Source of the DNA: a virus
IMG/VR virus record: IMGVR_UViG_3300005326_000027
Span: 1 to 42,776 of that record
Reading direction: 5' to 3' (one strand)
DNA length: 42,776 nt
Positions 7,550-13,683 of the stretch are shown here, piece after piece (position 1 is the stretch's first letter; every line of letters starts with the position of its first letter). A program made the position numbers and the translations under genes. The notes under the pieces are model-generated. The model was not told where the DNA came from and ran no database searches. It saw only the letters and a list, made by a program, of their open reading frames with translations.

Positions 7550-7774
7550 TTAGTCCTGTTCAGCTTGGGCGATTTTAGATACCGCTTCCGCTTCTTCTTC
7601 AAAGTGCTTCTCCAGTTCTTCTTCATGTCGGATGCGTAGGTTCATGGAAGCGTCTATGGCTTCTGAAACACGCTGTAGCTGTTCTTCAAAGTTCTTTTTT
7701 GCTTCGAGCATGTTGTGAAAGACCACATAAATCTCTTCTTCTCGTTCTCGCCAAAGTTGTAATGTTTTGTCCAT
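7550..7774 (-). CDS. Acidic coiled-coil miniprotein
   Basis: 74-aa ORF. Confidence 0.5.
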   Translation of the reverse strand: MDKTLQLWREREEEIYVVFHNMLEAKKNFEEQLQRVSEAIDASMNLRIRHEEELEKHFEEEAEAVSKIAQAEQD

Positions 7775-7814
7775 GTTTGTTTGTGTTACTTTTTTACTCG
7801 CTAATGAGCAGGGC

Positions 7815-8078
7815 GGAGCTTACGGGGGACTGATCACCCACCAGATTTCTCTGATGAATAAACCCCACAAGCTCCACAATGCTCACTAACCGTTTAGGTT
7901 GTGAGTGCCGTCTCTTCGCTCCACTTCCCTTTTTCGTTTCTCCGTAGAGAATCTAACCAAGAAGTGGTGGCGGTAGAGGTCGCGTGCCTGATTTCCAGGT
8001 GGGGAACGGAGAGGTAATTAATCTCTCGAAGTCTTTGCGGGAGTTGAACCCGCCAGTCACCGGACTCAGACCTTCCCC
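7815..8078 (-). ncRNA. Candidate structured RNA element B (unclassified)
   Basis: Helices: 7815-7819/7871-7875, 7882-7891/7897-7905, 7921-7927/7961-7967 and 8001-8006/8073-8078. Hairpins: UACG-loop at 7939-7950, GAAA-loop at 7840-7855, 8009-8027, 8055-8066 and a T-loop-like hairpin at 8037-8053. No ORF. Confidence 0.5.
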
Positions 8079-8160
8079 CATCCAGAAACCAAGCTATTGA
8101 ATTGTCGAAGTGCTGCGTCCCGTACCTTGTGTATACTTTAGCAAATCATCGTGCGCTAGG

Positions 8161-8538
8161 TCAAGTGTTATCAACCTTACAATCTGTGAATAGTGGACAT
8201 TCTTTCGTACAGATACTTTCGGGAACATCCTCTGGGTTTGGGTGATTGTGTCCTGGCCCAAAGGCTGCTGAGTAATCACCCGTCACTATTTTCTTTGTTA
8301 AATACCTCAGTTTCTCTTCTGCTTTTGCCTCGATCTGCCGGATTCTCTCACGTGTCACACCAAACTTCTGGCCCGTTCGTTCCAGGGAGTTCCATTCTAT
8401 GAGTCGGTAGTACATCACATCGCGCTCTTTTTCGGATAAGTCGCCCGCTCCTTGTGCTAGGTCAAGCATCTCGACGATATTTCCGCGGGAAGAGACTAAC
8501 ATTTGTTTCCACTCGTGGTATGTGAATTGATTTTCCAT
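8161..8538 (-). CDS. Sigma-70 region-4 (HTH) domain protein, no recognisable region 2
   Basis: LSEKERDVMYYRLIEWNSLERTGQKFGVTRERIRQIEAKAEEKLR is a typical sigma region 4.2 signature. Confidence 0.7.
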   Translation of the reverse strand: MENQFTYHEWKQMLVSSRGNIVEMLDLAQGAGDLSEKERDVMYYRLIEWNSLERTGQKFGVTRERIRQIEAKAEEKLRYLTKKIVTGDYSAAFGPGHNHPNPEDVPESICTKECPLFTDCKVDNT

Positions 8539-8543
8539 ATTCT

Positions 8544-8741
8544 CTATGTATCTTGGTTGGTAAGGGCTATTCGACGCATATTCAGCAATCCATTAAAGGG
8601 ATTACGCAGTCTTCGATTAGTACACGGAGCGCAGAGAGGCTTCCATTCGCCTTTGGAGTTTTCTTGCTCCCATGCGTCTTTCTTTGGAACTGGTTTTTTC
8701 TTTGTACACCATCCGCATTTTTCCTGCATTTTATTTCTCAT
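8544..8741 (-). CDS. Zinc-ribbon miniprotein
   Basis: CGWC...CAPC. Confidence 0.5.
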   Translation of the reverse strand: MRNKMQEKCGWCTKKKPVPKKDAWEQENSKGEWKPLCAPCTNRRLRNPFNGLLNMRRIALTNQDT

Positions 8742-8889
8742 TACCTGACTTGTTGGTAAGGGCTAGCGACTCTTCGAAGCCACATCTATCGCATATCCGT
8801 ATTGGGATATACACAATATCACCTGCTGGTTTCCTTTCCGCGAAATAAAACTTGTGTCCGGAAATCTGACAACGGAGTTTGTTTCTCAT
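8731..8889 (-). CDS. Zinc-ribbon-like miniprotein (52 aa)
   Basis: Hand translation: MRNKLRCQISGHKFYF...RICDRCGFEE.... ATGA-coupled upstream. It shares the MRNK start with the next gene. Confidence 0.35.
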   Translation of the reverse strand: MRNKLRCQISGHKFYFAERKPAGDIVYIPIRICDRCGFEESLALTNKSGNEK

Positions 8890-9221
8890 TTCTGTTCTTC
8901 ATTACCTGACTTGATACGGGAGAGGATGTCGTCGACTGTGTTGTTTACCCCAGCGACACGATTGAATTGCGCCAAACTGTACATGTATTCGGGAGAATCT
9001 GGCGACAAAACGTGCGGCTTTTCTTCTCTCATCTTTCCAACCTCCTCCTCAACAAGAAAGAGCTGTTGAGTAAGGGCGGAGGAGAGGAAAGCCTTGATGT
9101 TCTCGTCATTTATCGGTAAAAGCTCTTTTCCTTCGAGTTTCAGGCTATGAAACGAGCCGAACTTCTCGTCGAAATCTTCCAAGGTCTGCTGACGGAATGA
9201 GGTGAGGGGGGTGTTGGTCAT
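8886..9221 (-). CDS. Hypothetical protein
   Basis: ATG 9221 forms an ATGA overlap with the stop of 9218..9403. Confidence 0.5.
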   Translation of the reverse strand: MTNTPLTSFRQQTLEDFDEKFGSFHSLKLEGKELLPINDENIKAFLSSALTQQLFLVEEEVGKMREEKPHVLSPDSPEYMYSLAQFNRVAGVNNTVDDILSRIKSGNEEQK

Positions 9222-9403
9222 TTGAGTTGTCCGATACTTTTCCAACCTTCTGTTTCCAGACTTGCAAACTCCATAATCTCGCAAGCAAGGCATTCTTTGT
9301 TCGCCAGGGGACACACAATGCAGGACTGGGTAAACACTTCACGAACAACGTACATCTCTTCCATATCATCTACATAGAGTTCGTTTATTTTAGGTTTGTT
9401 CAT
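9218..9403 (-). CDS. Zinc-ribbon miniprotein
   Basis: CIVC...CLAC. Confidence 0.5.
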   Translation of the reverse strand: MNKPKINELYVDDMEEMYVVREVFTQSCIVCPLANKECLACEIMEFASLETEGWKSIGQLK

Positions 9404-9453
9404 TTCTCTTTTCTCTTATCTTGTAATGGTACTCTAGGGGGGCAAACTATTTA

Positions 9454-9609
9454 CTAGAGTGAGTTGGTAAGTTTATAAGAGTCTATAAGCTTTTTTAATT
9501 CTTCCCCATTTTTTGCTAACTCTTCAATTCTTCTATCTATCCGATCTCCCAAGATATCCAACCTGCGTTCAGCGATAAAGCTTTCTCTTTGGAAGTCGGC
9601 GAGATTCAT
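9454..9609 (-). CDS. Hypothetical coiled-coil miniprotein (51 aa)
   Basis: Hand translation: MNLADFQRESFIAERRLDILGDRIDRRIEELAKNGEELKKLIDSYKLTNSL*. Confidence 0.4.
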   Translation of the reverse strand: MNLADFQRESFIAERRLDILGDRIDRRIEELAKNGEELKKLIDSYKLTNSL

Positions 9610-9750
9610 AGGGTTGATATTTCATATTGAATAATTCTCTCGACATCGTCGAATCCGAAAACATAGGTATTGCTGAACTCCTGCTTTGCTTTCTGCACAC
9701 GCAATTTAGCCAACAGTTCAAGTAGAATGAGTTTTTCTAGTTCTTTCATC
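9606..9750 (-). pseudogene. Small ORF split by a +1 frame change at CUU UGA (9723..9718)
   Basis: MKELEKLILL stops at a TGA. Skipping one T continues as ELLAKLRVQKAKQEFSNTYVFGFDDVERIIQYEISTL*, whose stop is ATGA-coupled to the next gene. Confidence 0.35.
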
Positions 9751-9762
9751 CAAAGTATTCGT

Positions 9763-9927
9763 TAGACTTGGTAATCACTTTTTTACTTTCTTACTCTTCC
9801 TCGCCTCCACTCCCTTCTCGGAGAGTTTCTTCATAAAAGCACTGTAGCCTTCCTTGCCCATCTCTTTGCGACGTTTCTTTGCTAAGAGACCAGCCATTTC
9901 TTGGGCTGCCTTATTCTTTACTCGCAT
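9763..9927 (-). CDS. Basic miniprotein (54 aa)
   Basis: Hand translation: MRVKNKAAQEMAGLLAKKRRKEMGKEGYSAFMKKLSEKGVEARKSKKVKSDYQV*. Confidence 0.4.
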
Positions 9928-10256
9928 TAGTCGATCACAATTTTTAGCTCTTTGTCCCAGGGATTATATTCCATTTCATGCAAGACCTTTCTCGTTCCTG
10001 CCTCAACTTCCTGAACACCATGTTCTTGGTCACCACCTACATGCTGAATTAGATAGGGTTCATCGCAGTGGATATACTCAACGCCACTTTCGGTCCACCT
10101 AAAAATAAGGGCGTTTTTGGAAACAACCTCGTGGCGGTTGCCCGTTGGACCAGAGTCTTGGAGAATGTGGAGTTTTGACAGTGCTGCGTCTCCTGGCCTG
10201 GTAACTCCTTCGAAAGGATAGAGAACAAGATCGCCATGGTTGTTTAAAGTTTCCAT
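9927..10256 (-). CDS. Hypothetical protein
   Basis: 109-aa ORF. HGDLVLYP...GPTGNRHEV...EHGVQEV...EYNPW is reminiscent of small beta-barrel phage proteins. No function assigned. Confidence 0.55.
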   Translation of the reverse strand: METLNNHGDLVLYPFEGVTRPGDAALSKLHILQDSGPTGNRHEVVSKNALIFRWTESGVEYIHCDEPYLIQHVGGDQEHGVQEVEAGTRKVLHEMEYNPWDKELKIVID

Positions 10257-10257
10257 A

Positions 10258-11370
10258 TTATGACTTCTTAGATACTAATAATTCGTTTGTTGTTTGGTGC
10301 CGAAGTTTTGCAACTGTTTCAAGAGCGTTTGTGCTTTCTGGTGGTACAAACTTTATATATTCCTTCGCTGAACTCCACCCCGAATAGGCAAGAACTTTGC
10401 ACGTTCCGATTCCTTTGAGATTTAGTTCCCATAAATCGTATCCGCCGCACTCGTCAGAATGATCTACCAGTGTTTTTTGTACTGTTTCAAGCAACTCCTT
10501 GATTGGTCGCTCACGTAGAAGTGCTGAACGCTGGTCGATGTCCTCCCAGGCAATAATGTCTGTAATAGTGGCTGTTTGAGACTTCTTGAACTGCTCTTCG
10601 GTGAATTTTACCCCGTGGATGTAAAAAACTTCTGCTCCACCCTTCCAGTGAATTGCCGGACCATTTGTTGAATGGAAGCGATTTTCCACATCTATTTTTA
10701 CAAGGGGTGTAGGAACTAAGTACAAAGTGTCTTCGTACTCAACTCTGTAACCAAGTCCTGCTTCCTTTGCCTGCATGAGAAGTTCACAGTATTTGAGATA
10801 TTTCTTATCATGTTCATTTACTGGAAAATCTGAATCTGGATTTTCGCAATACTCGTGTTCGATTACAAACCAGTCGAAATCATAGTCTAGTGCGCTCCCT
10901 GCGCTCCGTGCGCTCCGTGCGCTCCGTGCGCTCCATGCGCTCCATGCGCTCCGTGCGCTCCCTGCGCTCCGTGCGCTCCATGCGCTCCGTGCGCTCCATG
11001 CGCTCCGTGCGCTCCCTGCGCTCCCTGCGCTCCCTGCGCTCCGTGCGCTCCGTGCGCTCCATGCGCTCCCTGCGCTCCCTGCGCTCCCTGCGCTCCATGC
11101 GCTCCATGCGCTCCCTGCGCTCCGTGCGCTCCCTGCGCTCCCTGCGCTCCGTGCGCTCCATGCGCTCCCTGCGCTGTCGATAGCATCTACGAATTTCTTT
11201 TCAAAGATGTCTTTATACCAAACCACTTTTTTTGGCCGTGGTAGATCAAAAAGATCGTAGGTTTTAAGAATGAGTTCCTCGCTCAGTTTTTTGTCGAGAA
11301 CAAAGTCTTCACGTTCTACATTGCGGCACTGACGTTCTATTAAATCTGCTGTTTTTTGTGAATAATCCAT
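10258..11370 (-). CDS. Repeat-containing protein: N-terminal region, 31 x S-A-[G/W/R], and a conserved-looking C-terminal domain
   Basis: 370-aa ORF. The C-terminal motif [24 protein letters not shown] resembles, from memory, the DUF6745-type family. This is unverified. Confidence 0.65.
   Translation of the reverse strand: MDYSQKTADLIERQCRNVEREDFVLDKKLSEELILKTYDLFDLPRPKKVVWYKDIFEKKFVDAIDSAGSAWSARSAGSAGSARSAGSAWSAWSAGSAGSAGSAWSARSARSAGSAGSAGSARSAWSARSAWSARSAGSARSAWSAWSARSARSARSAGSALDYDFDWFVIEHEYCENPDSDFPVNEHDKKYLKYCELLMQAKEAGLGYRVEYEDTLYLVPTPLVKIDVENRFHSTNGPAIHWKGGAEVFYIHGVKFTEEQFKKSQTATITDIIAWEDIDQRSALLRERPIKELLETVQKTLVDHSDECGGYDLWELNLKGIGTCKVLAYSGWSSAKEYIKFVPPESTNALETVAKLRHQTTNELLVSKKS
10891..11175. 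repeat. 31.7 tandem copies of the 9-bp unit TGCGCTCCN, where N is C, G or A only
   Basis: Counted directly: N is C x12, G x11, A x8 and T x0. All other positions are invariant and all six frames are open. Confidence 0.95.
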
Positions 11371-11412
11371 AATTACTTTTTTATCTGCCCCTACAGTCTA
11401 GCGCACGGTTGA

Positions 11413-11589
11413 CTAAAAGTCCATGAGATCCTCTGGCAACTTCAAACCTAACTGCTCATAGATAGCTTTACGCTCTACATCAATCTTGGCACGCATGTCG
11501 GGTGGTATGGCTGGTGCTATACCTTCTCTGTACTGCTTGGCTCTCTGCTCACGAGTCCAGTTGTCGGCGATTGTTTCTTTGTTGCTCAT
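11413..11589 (-). CDS. Hypothetical miniprotein (58 aa)
   Basis: ATG 11589 is ATGA-coupled to the upstream stop. Confidence 0.5.
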   Translation of the reverse strand: MSNKETIADNWTREQRAKQYREGIAPAIPPDMRAKIDVERKAIYEQLGLKLPEDLMDF

Positions 11590-11861
11590 AGTTTTTTTAT
11601 CTTTAACGATCCGAAGAAGCACTTACTAAAACCACTTTTTGAACTTTTACAGATACTTAGAAGGTAATACAAGTCGTGTTTTGATAAATGACTCGTCTTA
11701 ATTGCAATAGCTCTTCCTGTTACAGGCTTCCACTTTGTATTTTTCCTTTCTACGTTAATCGTTTCTACAAACTCTTGAACCAAACTCGCGCGTTCACTAT
11801 TCGCTCCACTTTTCTTTTTTTGAATTTCTTGCGTCGGCAAAAGATCAAAGAGAGATTTCAT
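11586..11861 (-). CDS. Hypothetical protein
   Basis: 91-aa ORF. Confidence 0.55.
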   Translation of the reverse strand: MKSLFDLLPTQEIQKKKSGANSERASLVQEFVETINVERKNTKWKPVTGRAIAIKTSHLSKHDLYYLLSICKSSKSGFSKCFFGSLKIKKL

Positions 11862-11899
11862 ACTTTTTTAGTTCTTTCCTTAACTCTAACTCATGTAAG

Positions 11900-12484
11900 T
11901 ACAGTTCTCCCATTACCCTAGAATGAATGCAGTAGTGGGCTGGAGTTCTGAGTATGTAGTTTTCTCTGTTGCCACTGTCATGCAGATACCCTCCGTACCA
12001 CCCTTTGTTACTTCGTTAAGCGTGGTAGTTCTTTTAATCTCATGCAGTAGCTGAATGTCTACGGTGCATATCAGACGGCAGGGAGGTAATGGGAGAACCT
12101 TTTCCCCTGCTTTCGCATATGCACCTTAGAATCCTTTATTTATTTACGCGCCACAGGAACGATATGTGGGACGTTGTACCGGAATGCAGTTTTACTTCAT
12201 GCCACCGAAAAGAAGGATCGAGAGAACGTTGTTTGCATGAACATTAAGAACAGAGTACGGGTGGCAACGATTTGACGAGAGTGACAGGACCCGAACCTGC
12301 GCAAGGGCAACCCTTTCGGGATTCGGTACCAACTCCTCATTACGCCAACACTAACTCGTATAGTCACGTTGCATGAGTGGCTCTTGGATGTTGCAGCTTG
12401 CCATAACATCTTCCACTGCAAGCGAGAGTCTACCTATTCCTCCACACCCGTACTCCGTCCTCAAAGTTCTTTGGGGCTTGTATT
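11900..12484 (-). ncRNA. Candidate large structured RNA element C (unclassified)
   Basis: Pairings: a 14-nt perfect long-range complement at 11904-11917/12085-12098, 9 bp at 12063-12071/12117-12125, 12079-12083/12105-12109, and 12387-12392/12405-12410. Two GAAA-loop hairpins (about 12109-12116 and 12311-12320) and a T-loop-like hairpin at 12284-12300 (a G-U pair only on the minus strand). Confidence 0.5.
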
Positions 12485-12519
12485 AAAACAGAAAACCCCG
12501 CGCTGATTAGGCCACGGAG
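12485..12519 (-). terminator. Intrinsic terminator or attenuator about 75-100 nt downstream of the promoter at 12597-12625
   Basis: Minus strand CUCCGUG (12519..12513) pairs with CGCGGGG (12502..12496), followed by UUUUCUGUUUU. Confidence 0.5.
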
Positions 12520-12596
12520 TTTCTGGGGTCCACCTTGCGACGGACTTTATGAAAACTTAGTCTAATCAGTTCACTATTGCAAGTAGTGATATGAAT

Positions 12597-12625
12597 AGTA
12601 TATCTATTGACAGAAAAACGTACAA
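12597..12625 (-). promoter_or_regulatory. Sigma-70-type promoter TTGTAC-17 nt-TATACT
   Basis: The -35 is the reverse complement of 12620-12625 and the -10 is the reverse complement of 12597-12602, with a 17-nt spacer. Confidence 0.5.
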
Positions 12626-12654
12626 TCCAAAATAAGGGGATAAGTTGGGGACAA

Positions 12655-12975
12655 CTAGTAGAACCTCTCACCACGTTTTACCGCTACCTTTTCGGGTAGA
12701 ACAGGTATAGCGAGCTTTTTTCTTCCAATCTTCTCACTAGCCTCTTGGGTACTTCTGTAAATTGCACGATACGACAGCCACGCCTTTTCACACGGTGACT
12801 TTTTTCTATCAATGACCCCACATACATACGTCCTGGCTCTTCTTTCCTTGTGTACATCGTACCTCACCAACTCTTTCCCACACCAGATACAAACAGCCTC
12901 CATACGCTTGTTTATTTTATTCTTAGCTGGCCTTCCATTCTCATCTACTAACAAAAAGTAGTCGCCAAGTTTCAT
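12655..12975 (-). CDS. Zinc-ribbon protein (106 aa), first gene of the early arm
   Basis: ATG 12975 chosen because of the adjacent extended -10. Motif CIWCGK...C...C. Confidence 0.55.
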   Translation of the reverse strand: MKLGDYFLLVDENGRPAKNKINKRMEAVCIWCGKELVRYDVHKERRARTYVCGVIDRKKSPCEKAWLSYRAIYRSTQEASEKIGRKKLAIPVLPEKVAVKRGERFY

Positions 12976-12981
12976 ATTCTT

Positions 12982-12990
12982 ATTAAAGCA
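12982..12990 (-). promoter_or_regulatory. Extended -10 (TGcTTTAAT) 6 nt upstream of ATG 12975 (leaderless)
   Basis: Reverse complement of 12982-12990. Confidence 0.45.
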
Positions 12991-13131
12991 CGAAAACCAC
13001 ATCACTGTGGTTCTCACGCACACTCACATCCCTGCGAGCCTAGCTTCTCGAAAGAAAGCTGGAAACAATACCACCGTTCTGATAGACAATCTTGTGGCGG
13101 TACTGCATGGGGTATTGTAGAATAAAAGCAG

Positions 13132-13668
13132 ATGAAAAAGTATTCAGTCGTGTATGCAGATCCACCGTGGAGTTACAACGACAAGATGTCGGGTCACTCA
13201 TTTTCTTTAGACCACGAATATAAAACACAGAGCAAAGAATGGATCAGTTCTCTTTCTGTGGGCAGTATCTCCGCAAAAGATAGCGTTCTCTTTCTGTGGG
13301 CAGTATCTCCGCAACTGCCAGAGGCCCTCCAAGTGATGAAAGATTGGGGCTTTAAGTATGTAACAGTAGCATTTTGTTGGAGCAAGAATCATAAAAGTGG
13401 AAAGAAGGTCAAGAATCTCGGTAGGTGGACGATGGGCAACGTTGAGGTATGCCTTCTGGGTAGAAAAGGCCGACCACAAAGATTGGTTAAAAACGTTCGT
13501 CAGTTAGTAGAAGCGGAACGTACTCGACATTCGCAAAAACCAGCAGAAGTACGAAATAGAATTGTAGAACTCATGGGAGATATTCCACGGATCGAACTTT
13601 TCGCTAGAGAGAAAACAGAGGGTTGGGATGTATGGGGAAATGAGGTGGAAAGTGATATAGAAATGTGA
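13132..13668 (+). CDS. MT-A70 family DNA N6-adenine methyltransferase
   Basis: YADPPWSY (the DPPW catalytic motif), then VLFLWAV, WGFKYVT, HSQKP and ELFAREKTEGWDVWGNEV. This is the canonical family order. Confidence 0.85.
   Translation: MKKYSVVYADPPWSYNDKMSGHSFSLDHEYKTQSKEWISSLSVGSISAKDSVLFLWAVSPQLPEALQVMKDWGFKYVTVAFCWSKNHKSGKKVKNLGRWTMGNVEVCLLGRKGRPQRLVKNVRQLVEAERTRHSQKPAEVRNRIVELMGDIPRIELFAREKTEGWDVWGNEVESDIEM
13247..13314. repeat. Perfect 30-bp direct repeat (13247-13276 and 13285-13314, period 38) inside the methyltransferase CDS
   Basis: gttctctttctgtgggcagtatctccgcaa occurs twice. Copy 1 is read as SSLSVGSISA and copy 2 as VLFLWAVSPQ. Confidence 0.95.
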
Positions 13669-13674
13669 TAGAAT
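13666..13674 (+). promoter_or_regulatory. Extended -10 (TGaTAGAAT) 9 nt upstream of ATG 13684
   Basis: Read directly. Confidence 0.4.
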
Positions 13675-13683
13675 TAACAAGCG

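Noticed and set aside
7850-7856. CUGAUGA hammerhead-core-like heptamer on the plus strand.
   Set aside because: No downstream GAAA with flanking stems II/III, and no cleavage-site context. It lies on the non-transcribed strand relative to the neighbouring genes.
8037-8053. Possible minus-strand tRNA, suggested by a GCGGG-UUCAACU-CCCGC T-arm-like hairpin. A similar hairpin lies at 12284-12300.
   Set aside because: I could not build a 7-bp acceptor stem, a D-arm or an anticodon arm around either hairpin. The flanks instead form a three-way junction (element B) or other helices (element C). I treated them as T-loop modules of larger RNAs, not tRNAs. tRNAscan-SE would settle it.
10891-11175. CRISPR array, or a diversity-generating retroelement target, as an explanation for the 9-bp repeat array.
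   Set aside because: There are no spacers. The units are contiguous, in frame, and sit inside a long ORF. No reverse transcriptase or template repeat exists anywhere in the genome. The variable base is never A on the coding strand, which does not fit adenine-directed DGR mutagenesis.
10880-11186. ORFs 10880..11161(-), 10887..11186(-) and 10890..11183(+) in the track.
   Set aside because: They exist only because the 9-bp repeat lacks stops in every frame. The frame continuous with the flanking domains (10258..11370) is the real one.
12197-12421. 74-aa minus-strand ORF inside structured element C.
   Set aside because: Its start codon is TTG rather than ATG. Its composition is odd (rich in Trp, Cys and Arg), and it coincides exactly with the hairpin-dense core. 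It could be revisited if homologues conserve the frame.
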